From: Coniocarpon cinnabarinum
Taxonomy: Eukaryota
Direction: 5' to 3'
Assembly (NCBI GenBank): GCA_051942205.1
Contig: JAVECO010000106.1
Location: 61,742-81,741 of the forward strand
Length of the DNA: 20,000 nt
In this document: positions 8,535 through 18,681 of the stretch, in pieces
Layout: each line of letters opens with the position of its first letter
Position numbering within the stretch: the stretch's first letter is position 1
Program-made: the position numbers and the translations under genes
The notes under the pieces: model-generated
Database searches by the model: none
What the model saw: only the letters and a program-made list of their open reading frames with translations
What the model was told of the DNA's origin: nothing

Positions 8535-11121
8535 ATGGGCACGGGACAGTCCAAGATGGCGCACCGCAATGAGTCGAGCGAGACTCGTCCAGGCGCGTCC
8601 CAACCCGGCCAATCTCATGACCCGCCTCCACAGCAGCTTTCGTCTCAACCTCAGGTTCCCTCAATCACCCTTCCACCTTCATCCGACGGTCGAGCTGCCA
8701 CCTTCACCAGCACCAACTACAATGATCTGCCTGCCTCAGAGCCCTCGCAGACCCCCGTCAGTCCACGACCTCGTTCCCGCCGCGGCAGCTTTTCCCTGAT
8801 TCGCAGATCCAAGTCGCGTGAATACTCTGCGCAGCCTGAGAAAGAGACGGTGAGGAAGGACTCAGGCGGGCATCGAAAGCTTTCGCGCCGCCGCAAAGAT
8901 CGAGAAGTGTCAAAAGAGGAAGCCACGAACAAGCTGGGAATGCCTCCGCAGCTTCCCAGCTACCACAGTTTGCCTCAGATGAATACACCTTTCAATGCTG
9001 CTTCCGGTCCCAATTCCTCTCACCTTCCTCCTTCTGCTAGCGAGAATCGCTACAACATTTTCCCCAACACAGCCGAGCGACCCGCCAGCAAGACAGGCTA
9101 CGATCCCAACGCTTTCTACCGTCGTCACCTCGGCATGTCAGAAAAGCCTTCGCCAGCCCCTCCGTCGAAAGATGCCACGCAGGCCGCTGCGGGGAGTTCC
9201 CCACCCACTTCGTATGTTGACCCGTACGCGCGGACTGAGAGGTACGTACGGCGCTACTTCTGTGCAAGGCACATGGGCACAGTCTGTTTCAGCTCTGTGC
9301 TTATTGACATCGTCCACTGCCCGAATTTTTGAGTCCGGAGCAGCAGCGTATCGTGCAGCTTGTGCCATGCTTTGTGCTCTCAATCCGGCAAACAATATGC
9401 TGACCTTACCCTTGCAGTATGACGAACCGTGGCCGGTCAAGTTATGCCAATGCTAGTGTCAATGGCCATGTCAACAGTCCCCGTCGAGTTCGACGAAGAA
9501 AGGACCCCACACCGTTCAAGTATGCTGCTTCCACTAAGTCTCAACGCGTATACGAGGATGAGTACTTTACTAACTGATACATTGCAGTATTCTTGTGGTC
9601 GGATCGAAGGGCTCTGGCAAGACCTCATTCGTCGATTTCCTGCGGCATGCCTTGACACAGCCATCCCGTTTCGCACGCCTTCACTCAAAGGATGCCATAA
9701 TGCCCACAAAGCCCGTTACCAAACAAGAGCAGGGCTCGCTTTTCACATCAACGTACCTGGAGACAGAGGTGGAGGGAGAGCGGATTGGCGTGACGGTATA
9801 CGACTCGAACGGCCTCGAGAAGCATTTGATTGATCTGCAGCTTCGAGAATTCTCCTTCTTCCTGGAGTCAAAGTTCCAAGAAACTTTCAGAGAGGAGCAA
9901 AAAGTCATGCGGTCCGCTGGCGTACAGGATCCTCACATTCATTGTGTGTTTCTGGTGCTTGATCCGGCACGTCTAGACTCCAACATCTCAGCAACAGTAT
10001 CCCAGAACCAGAAAACTGGCGATGGCGTCAATAGACCACGGGTCGTTGGTGGGCTTGATCAAGATCTCGACGTGGACGTATTGAAAGCGTTGCAAGGCAA
10101 GAGCAATGTAGTTCCCGTCATCAGCAAGTCCGACACAGTCACAACAGCCCACATGGCGTACCTCAAGCGCATTGTCTGGGACAGTTTCAAGAAACTCAAG
10201 ATCGATCCCTTGGAGGTTCTCAACATGGAATCTGATGATGAAGTCGATGGATACGGACCCGGCTCGTCACCTTCAAAGCCTATAGCCGAAGAGTCAGAGC
10301 ACCCCAAACCGGCAGAGCGTCCACGACCCTCCTTGACAGAGACCTCGGTATACGATTCCGCGTCGGAAGGTGAACTTGGAGATGACGCCGAAGACAGCGA
10401 TTCGACGATCAGCAAGAAGAAGAACAAAGCAAAGAGCGCCAACACGCTCAGCCTTATCAGCCCAAATGGAAGCACTGGGCTTAGCCTCAGACCCAAACCA
10501 GATGACATCAGGGTCTCAACCATGTCAGAGAATGTGGATTTGCCTATGCTGCCTCTCAGCATTATTTCCCCTGATATTCATGACCCGACAGTAGTGGGCC
10601 GAAGATTTCCCTGGGGCTTTGCGGATCCCTACAATCCCGAGCACTGCGACTTCACGCGCCTTCTGGACAGCGTCTTCAGCGAGTGGCGTGAAGACTTCCG
10701 TGAGGCCTCTCGCGAACGCTGGTACGAGGGATGGCGCACCAATCGACTCCGCACTCGGGGCACCATGTACTCTCCACAGCCCGGTAGCAGGACGGTCTCG
10801 GGGAACCAGGGCAGAACTGTGAGCGGGGCAAATGCATATGGCGGCAAAGTGAGTCTGATCGAAGCCCTCAAGACGACTGAGAAGCCTGGTCCGCGTTAAA
10901 GAGCTGCATGTGGCATCATGTCGCTAACTATGGCATTGGCGCAGGGACCCGAGTCTGCTCTCAAGGCACCGAGTGCGTCTGGAGCGAGCAGCACAGCCAG
11001 TCGGACGGTGTCGGCGTCTGACATTGGTGTTGCTGTAAGCTCCAATGGTGCCCCGCCGCCTTATCCTCCGTCGCTGCCCAGTCAACCCAAGACGAGCTAT
11101 CGCGGTGTTGGCACATACTGA
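8535..11121 (+). CDS. Septin GTPase, AspE-like (group 5); join(8535..9241,9418..9519,9588..10848,10945..11121), ~748 aa
   Basis: Introns 9242-9417, 9520-9587 and 10849-10944 all have GT..CTRAC..CAG and keep the frame. The spliced protein reads RTESMTNRGR...SPRRVRRRKDPTPFNILVVGSKGSGKTS (polybasic region plus G1), DSNG (G3), VVPVISKSD (G4) and GRRFPWGFADPYNPEHCDF (septin unique element). It has a long disordered N-terminus and no obvious C-terminal coiled coil. Confidence 0.88.
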
Positions 11122-12293
11122 CGAGGGTCTATGCAGGAAAAGAACAAGTGATTGGTGATGCATGTCTACAGCAATGATGAGGCGCTGGGTGGTACACGAT
11201 TCTTTGAAGTCAGCACTTCGCGAGGCCACAGAGCCTGATCGAAATTGTGGCTTTTCACAGGCACGATAGAATTGGGCGAATGAGGATGTTGCAAAGATCG
11301 CTTTTCACTTCTGTGGCTGAATGACCGACGAGCGTCACTGCCGGCTTTTTATATACCCCCTTTTAGATTTGTACGAATTATTGAACATCAAGCCTCTAAC
11401 CACCAGATCTTTTGCATAGAAGCGTGTTTCCTGCCTGCTTGTTATGATCAGCACGGTGGAGATGCACCGTCATTCAGTCGAGGCTGTGGTGGTGTGTCCG
11501 GTCTGAATTTATTATAGATAGGTAGTGTCACGTGATTAGACCCATCTTCTGCATGTCCGTTCTTCAATCACTCCTGCGGTCCTCTTTCTCACAGCAGCAG
11601 GTTCAAGCCCGGAGTCGACCCATTGAAAACAAATGCAGTACTCACGTAGAAAAGCGCTCCGAAGCTGCCTGCCTTTAATGATCTGGTCATGCGTCCATTC
11701 ATGAGCATTACTCTTATCACTGACCTCATGCGCCTCAGAGATGTACCGGGCACGCTCGGCGGCGATCAGCCGTAGCGTGTGCGGAACGTCGCAGCGGAGC
11801 CACTTGCCTTTAGTAGCTCACGTCTCGCATGGGGTCACTTCAGAATGGGTTAGAGACTGCTTGTTTGAACATCTCATAACACGTAGCGTTGCACTAGCGC
11901 TGCATGGCCAGTACATGAATGCAAATCACATCGGGTCTCGCAGGTAAGAAATGCCGTGAGCTTCTTTGAGGCATACACAAGGCTTTGAATATGGCAAGTG
12001 CGTTCTTTTCCTTGTCTCGGAATCATGACGGCATCAAGAAGCGAAGATGGTCATTCCACTCCCCTCTCTTGCGTGCTCTCTGTGTGAGACTGCTTTCGTC
12101 TATGCCCTTGCACAAGATGGTATGGTACAGTCTCTCTCAAAGTGCTTCCGCACGAGTGTCTTGAGCAGTCATCCTTAACATTTTCAGGCGTAAGTCAGCC
12201 ACAGGCGCTACCATTCCTTCTTCGGTTGTTGGCAAGCACAGTGCAGACCAGCCCTCTGCCTCCATCCCGAAGTCAACGGATTCGAAACTCGAA

Positions 12294-13775
12294 ATGTCGA
12301 CAATGGACAAACCACTTTCGAGTAACTTCGACGAACTCACTGCAGCCATCGAAGCTTACAAGAAGGATGCAAAGGGGTCGGCAAGCTCGCTCATTCGAAA
12401 GCTCGAAGCAACAAAAATGGCAGTCGAGGGCCCTGCCGCCTTTCTCGGCAGGATGAGATACCAAGTAGAATGACTTGACAGCCAAGCGCGCTCGTCGAAC
12501 TAACAGCGGCGTAGCTTTTGCTGAACTTGTGTGTGGTTATGGCGACGGAAACGGGGATGATCAAAGTTCTTGTGGCTGAAGACGGGGCGCCTGTGTCGAC
12601 ACAGGCGGTGGCACTGGAGACGGGGCAGGACGACCTCCTCGTGAGTAAGTTGTGTCAACATCTCGTATTGGCAATGCAATCAAGTAATGACCATCCACAA
12701 GTGCGCGTCTTGAGGCATTTGTATACGAATGGCGTGTGTGACGAGCATGGCTCGTCGACATATGCCGCCAACGATGTGACACGACTTCTCGACACGCGCG
12801 AACAGCACGCCGCATGCAAATACACGTGAGTCCGCCTGCGCCTCAACGATGCCGCTTTCGACACTGCCCGCCTGACGAGTAGATGTCAGGCACGACATTG
12901 GCTTCAACGTCGGCGCAAACCTCCCAAAGCAAATCCACACCACCGGCATCCAAATGTTCAGCGACCAAGGCGGCGGAAACACCCTCTATAAATCCGCCAA
13001 GGGGCTCCAGCAATTCGACTACCTCGGGCATAACCCTGAATACAAGCAGCTCTTTGACGACTACATGGTCATGCGCAAGACTGACATTACGAGCTCGTGG
13101 GTCCAGCTGTGCGACGTCGACGCTATCCTTCGCGATAAATCCGGTGAGCTCTCAGCGGATCACCACGTCGTAGTCGATGTCGGCGGCGGCGTCGGTACCG
13201 ACTTGCTAACGTTTCGCGACCGACATTCTGGCTTGGCGGGACGTCTCGTGCTCGAAGATCTGTCCTATTCCCTCGACCGCGTGACACATCTGCCGCCAGA
13301 CGTTGAAAAACTCCCATTTGACTTCTTCACCATGGAACAATCCGTCAAAGGTTCGTTCTCCCCCATCCACCGTCTTGCATCTCAGGCCCCTCTCCAAACC
13401 CAAAAAACACACTATAATTGAATGATGCTTTTTCGTCAATCCGCTAAATCGTCAAGCACAGGCGCCAAAATCTACTTCATGCACGAAATCATCCACGATT
13501 GGTCTGACGCTCAAGCCCTCACGATACTGAAAAGCACAGCCCGCGCCATGACGCCCAATCACTCGGTGCTGCTCATTCAAGACATGTTGTTGCCCGACAC
13601 AGGGGCGACGTGGCGGGGCTCGACGCAGGATATTCTGATGATGGTGATGCCGGCGGGATTGGAGCGGACGGAGGGGCAGTGGCGGCGGTTGCTGCGCGAA
13701 GCGGGGTTGGAGTTGAGGACGATTTGGAGGAGTGACGTCGCGGCGGAGCCGGTGTTGGAATGTGTCTTGCCGTAG
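12294..13775 (+). CDS. SAM-dependent O-methyltransferase (fungal class II, OmtA/COMT-like); join(12294..12464,12515..12644,12702..12825,12890..13350,13462..13775), ~399 aa
   Basis: Exons sum to 1200 nt in frame. Motifs are VVDVGGGVG (SAM motif I), RLVLEDL, FDFF..QSVK|GAKIYFMHEIIHDWSD (catalytic His), LLIQDMLLP and ERTEGQWRRLLREAGL. The start is uncertain because the frame is open back to about 12166 and an upstream micro-exon is possible. Confidence 0.85.
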
Positions 13776-14454
13776 ACGCAGGGAAGGAAGCGTTGAGTGG
13801 AGTGGAGACTGGCTTTGATTGGATTGGATAGGTCATCCGTTAGGGTGGAGGTCAGGTTCTGACATCAGTAGGTAGTCTTGTGACGAAGATGAATTCGAGT
13901 AGATGAATCGGGATTTTCCATCATCAGGGGCCTCTTAATGAAGGTCCTGCAGTAACTTCTGGCATCTAAACCCAGCATGCTGCGTGTAGTACATCGGGCT
14001 TGCCCTCAGTCACATCGGCCATGAAGACCTGCCAACGTCGACATCGTGCCAGTCTCCCACTGCTCTTCTTGATCCAATAGTACTCCTTTGCCGTTCTCGA
14101 CGAGCTGGTCAAGAAAAGTTTAGAGGCTCCACACAGTGAAGAAATACCATCCCTACCATCATCAAGCCACGAACTAAGAAATCTCGCATGCTCACCTCAA
14201 ACATTGAGGCTTAATGCTTGATCTCTTACATCAGCCCTTACATCAGAAGAAGGAAAAAGTCTCTGAGTGAGATACAAAAAATAGCAAATTGAAAAGTTGT
14301 CATTTAAGGAATGATATCAATGGAATACACAAGTGACCTGCGATTGAAGATCTCTAGACTGTGTGGAACAGTTTACTCAGCACTCATGTCATGAGGAGAT
14401 GATTTGCTCATTCGCTTATTCATCACCGTGCAAAACAATGCTGATTTAAGAACC

Positions 14455-14734
14455 AAATCATATCAAATCAAATCAAATCAAATCAAATCAAATCAAATCA
14501 AATCAAATCAAATCAACTCAAATCAAATCAACTCAAATCAAATCAAATCAAATCAAATCAAATCAAATCAAATCAAATCAAATCAACTCAAATCAAATCA
14601 AATCAAATCAACTCAAATCAAATCAACTCAAATCAAATCAAATCAAATCAAATCAAATCAAATCAAATCAAATCAAATCAAATCAAATCAAATCAAATCA
14701 AATCAAATCAAATCAAATCAAATCAAATCAAATC
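14455..14734. repeat. (AAATC)n pentanucleotide array, 56 units
   Basis: 280 bp read directly. Variant units are ATATC at 14460 and AACTC at 14515, 14530, 14585, 14610 and 14625. Confidence 0.98.
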
Positions 14735-15357
14735 AAACATAAGACAGCTTGATCTATCCGCTCCATTTCTAGAAAACACCAATCCGTCCAGACCTCTAAT
14801 AACCACAGGAAAGCCCAACTCGTTCTGTTATCCCCTCTACACCCTCGATCAGAGGAAAAAAACGAAAGGAAAGAATTAGCATGGTCGCTGCTTGTGCCGC
14901 TGCTCAAGATCTACAGAGAATTGTATTCGCGAAGACATCAGATCAGTAAGAGTTCTAGAATTTCTGCGTCTTGGGAAGCCGGAGCTTGTTGATCATTTGG
15001 GCCGCTCGGCAGAAATTGGAGCTTTGAGGTTACGATGTGTGGATCATTTGGCGCGATTAAGTAGGTTTCGTTTTGCAAACGGTGGATGAGTGCGTTGGTC
15101 GTGCTCTGGGAATCATGTCTCGCCCTCGAAGACGAAATGCGCCCCGCTCATTGCTCGGTCGAACGATGTTCATGTCATGGAAGTTAACGGCCAACTCCCG
15201 TGAAGAATTCGAGGGTCCAGCAGTGCAGCGTCGAGGCACTTTCGTTATTAATATACTTGGCATGTGCCTTTGTCTCCATCACATCTGAGCAGGTCAATCA
15301 CAGATCCCGCGATGTCACTCTATCTCGCTTGCACTGCCATACCCATAAGCAGCCATT

Positions 15358-16469
15358 TCACTCTTCGACGGGCATCTCCCACGGTGCCTTAGGTCCCTCT
15401 TCTGTCCACTCTCCGAGTTTCGGTCGCCAGTAAATGTGCGCGACCGGTTGACCCAGTTGAGCTCGAAGCGCGTTCCATACGTCGTTATCACCCCCCTTTC
15501 CGCCACTTTCATCTCCTCTCACAACATCCTCTGCGTCGCTCTTCCCCCCATCCCCGGCAACGCCCACGTCCCTCTTCCTCACATCCACCGCCACCGAAAT
15601 AACATGCCGGTACCCAAATCGCTCATAAAGTCTTTCCCCCATTTCTGTCGCTTCGACTAGGGAATCCAGCCCCATCTCGTCGAGACGACGAATGCCCCAT
15701 TCCATGAGGAGGGTGGCTATGCCTTTTTTGCGGTGCTGGGGGAGGACGGCCATGCCGTTCAGTGCTTTGATTGTTAGCGGAATCTTTCACCTTCCTTTGC
15801 TTTTGAGTGAGACTAGTAACCGTCGCGGAAGACCGAGGATCTTGCCCAAGAGCAGACGAAAGCACAAGAAAGTGAGGGGGAATGAACGAAGGATGAACCC
15901 ACCAGCAAACCCCCGATGACACCACGCCGCCCTCGGCGTGTATAGCAACCTCACCAACTCCGTCGTAAAGTCGCGATACGGACCCTCCGGCCACCAATCA
16001 GCGACCGGACTTTTCCAATCTTTTGGAAAGGGGTTGCTGCGGTAGAAGAGCCATTCGGTCGCGCCGACCATTTCTTGGGTCGATGTGTCGAGGGCGTAGA
16101 TCCAGTGGCTGCTTGCGTCTTGGAGATGGGATGTCCAGAGGCGGTCTGTGTCGTATTTTAGGGAGTTATGACGGTCGAGGGCTGTGGTACCGAAGATGGG
16201 GTGGAGAAATTGCCATTCGGAGCTTGGGGTTTGTTAGAGGCTAGAAGGGTTTTGAGGGTCTTGGAAGGTAGGTCTTGGTGACGTGGATGTGTGATGGGGA
16301 GTGACGGGTTGATAACGAGAGATTGAGGGGTTGGAGAGGGCGAGGGAAACGGGTGGATGAGGAGGTAGGAGTCATACCGGTAGGGATTGTAATAGCTGGT
16401 CCATTCGAGCTCGGTCACTTTATCGAACTCGTCTTTGGTGGTGACTTCTTTTATTTCAAAAGGAGGCAT
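15358..16469 (-). CDS. GNAT-family N-acetyltransferase; complement join(15358..15764,15903..16222,16378..16469), ~272 aa
   Basis: Introns 16377-16223 (GTATGA...CTAAC...AAG) and 15902-15765 (GTGGGT...CTAAC...AAG) join three ORF pieces in frame: MPPFEIKEV...YNPYR|SEWQFLHPIFG...SSHWIYALDTSTQEMVGATEW...ADWWPEG...HRGFA|ALNGMAVLPQHRKKGIATLLMEWG (acetyl-CoA motif A) ...VEATEMGERLYERFGY (motif B). Confidence 0.85.
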
Positions 16470-17089
16470 GTCTACTCAATTGTAATATTCTCCTCGAGTC
16501 TTACCGGACGAGACGAGATGGGACGATCTAAGGAGACGAGGCGTTCACGAACTTCTTCATGCCCAGGTCTCGCGAGCAAGATAAATAGTTCTGTGAATGC
16601 ACGGGCACGGTGCTACGTTTGAACCAGTGCCTCATACATGCAGATTTCGGAAGCGCTTACACAAGGCTTGCAGGGTTGCGATGATAGGTACTAAGGCATA
16701 TGCAGACATGAGGCGTGGATTATTCAGCCGTACTCAGCAGGGGTGAATATTGCTGTGGTATTGACGAATCAGGGCATCGCTTTGTACAGAAGAGAAGATT
16801 ATGGAAAAAGACTGCTGACAGGTACTGCGGATGATTCGGACTTGAGAGATCAAGAGCGCAAGAAGAAGTCCCTGGGTGCCTGGAAAGTGCTCATGAAGGG
16901 ATTGCTTGGTTCGCGACCGTCCCTGGAACATCAACTCTCTGCTATACAGATTCCGAGCCTATAGGTGCTCGCTCTAGTAACACTGGATTCTAGAAGAGAC
17001 GACGAGAGGATGGCGCACCGATGTAAGCTGGGTTTGGCTGCAAGGGAGTCATGAAGCTCTCGTGTGAAGAAAGTGGGAGCGGTGGACAG

Positions 17090-17098
17090 GGTGGCAAA
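17090..17098 (+). promoter_or_regulatory. PACE element (Rpn4-binding site, GGTGGCAAA)
   Basis: Exact match to the proteasome-associated control element, ~120 bp upstream of the RPN10 ATG at 17214. Confidence 0.75.
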
Positions 17099-17213
17099 TC
17101 ATCCCGTCAATATCATCTACTCTCTAGCAAGCGACCAAACTTCTTGGTTCCATCCCCGGTCAGTACTCTGACCCCCTCTACCTCATTTTACTCACACATC
17201 ACGTCTCAACAAG

Positions 17214-18294
17214 ATGCTCGAAGCAACCATCATCATGTAAGAGGCAAATATCTCAACTCTCTGTCGTTTGACAACCTTTCATCTAACATACGTCCAGCGT
17301 CGACAACTCCGAACCCGCCCGCAATGGTGACTATCTGCCCACCCGTTATGATGCTCAGTCGGACGCTGTGCATCTCCTTTTCCAAGCCAAGACATCCGCG
17401 AACCCCGAGTCCGCCGTCGGTCTCATGTCATCCGCCGGCACTTCACCACAAGTCCTCACTACGCTCACCAACAACGATGGATCGATACACTTCGGCCTTA
17501 CTTCCACCAAGGTTGGAGGGAAAGCACGCGTCGCCACCGCTCTGTCAATCGCCAGCTTAGCACTCAAGCACCGACAAAACAAGAGTCAACATCCGCGAGT
17601 AGTGATATTCAGCTGCAGTCCCGTGACCGAGAGCAAAGAGCAGATGGCGGCGCTGGGGCGGAAGCTGAAAAAGGGCGGATTAGCCGTCGACGTGGTGGTA
17701 ATGGGCGAAGGAGCACTGGAAGGCGAGCCGGCGGAGGACGAGGATCAGGGAAACGCGGGAGAAGGACAGAGTCGAGAGGGCGAGAGCGAGAAGAAAGAAG
17801 AACCGAGCACGCGGGCGAAGTGGACGGCTTTCCATCGTGCGATTCGTGCGCCGCAGGACGCGGAATATCAGAGCCATTTGGCTGTGATACCGCCCGGTCC
17901 CAGTCTACTGTCAGATTCACTGCTCAGTACAGACGTGATGGCGGGCACTGGGATGCAAGGCGGTGGTGGCGGCGGCGGTGCAGGCGGCGAGGGAGGTGAG
18001 AGCGGTGGAGGTGGCGGAGGCGACTTTGGCGACTTCGGCGGCATCGATCCGAATGCTGATCCAGAACTGGCGCTGGCGTTGCGGATGAGTATGGAGGAAG
18101 AGGAGAGGAGACAAGCACAGAGACGGAGGGACGAGCAAGGCGGTGAAGGGACAGCGTTGGAGACTGTGCCGGAGGGAGAAGAGGCGAAGGGCGGAGATGG
18201 CGAGAAGAAGGACGAGAGCAAGAAAGATGGGGAGGGTGGTGGAGAGGGTGGAGCGAGTGGAAGTGGGACTGGAGAGAGGATGGATACATCTTGA
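17214..18294 (+). CDS. RPN10: 26S proteasome regulatory subunit Rpn10 (vWA + UIM); join(17214..17236,17298..18294), ~339 aa
   Basis: Intron 17237-17297 (GTAAGA...CTAAC...CAG) gives MLEATIIIVDNSEPARNGDYLPTRYDAQ...ANPESAVGLMS...LALKHRQNKSQHPRVVIF...HLAVIPPGPSLLSD...GIDPNADPELALALRMSMEEE (UIM)...MDTS. Confidence 0.95.
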
Positions 18295-18681
18295 AGACTT
18301 CTGTAGAAGTCGTGATTTTAGCTGCGGGTGGGGACAATTGATAGATCAATCAGCATTGCAAGGCGTCTCGATATGCATAAAACATCAATTTCACTGCATT
18401 CGAAGCTATTCATAAGCGAGAAGTCTTGGGTGGGTTTTCTTGGGCGCCAAATCCCCTAATACTGGTTGTATTATATGATACAATAAACGCCTATCGTGGA
18501 AGCTCCTGCTAAACGCTCGGACAGTATTGAAAGATGCCGCAAGTACTGTTCGAATTGTATTCTTCGACGAGTCATGACCGCCGCCGAACGCCAAGCTCAA
18601 TGCAAACCTCACACGCTCCAATGACCTGGATTAAGACAATGTCCAATCTCACCTAAGCACTTCAAACTATTCCAACACATC

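Noticed and set aside
7393..8572. Several overlapping ORFs between the annexin and septin genes
   Set aside because: Antisense shadows or GA/CT-rich UTR and promoter sequence; no coding signature.
11596..11615. B-box-like GGTTCAAGCCC suggesting a tRNA
   Set aside because: The T-stem does not pair and there is no cloverleaf or A-box.
14404..14742. 112-aa ORF of IKSNQ repeats; also considered as a CRISPR or telomeric array
   Set aside because: It is a translation artefact of the stop-free AAATC microsatellite with a TTG start. There are no spacers and the unit is not TTAGGG.
14760..15340. Short ORFs of 65-77 aa between the array and the GNAT stop
   Set aside because: No domain, no consistent splice model; probably 3' UTR or intergenic.
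16734..16964. 73-aa (+) and 66-aa (-) ORFs in the GNAT/RPN10 intergenic region
   Set aside because: No recognisable homology and located in a divergent promoter; cannot be supported without expression data.
18484..18520. TAAACGC motifs resembling Upc2 sterol-response elements upstream of ERG26
   Set aside because: They mismatch the TAAACGA core; too weak to call.
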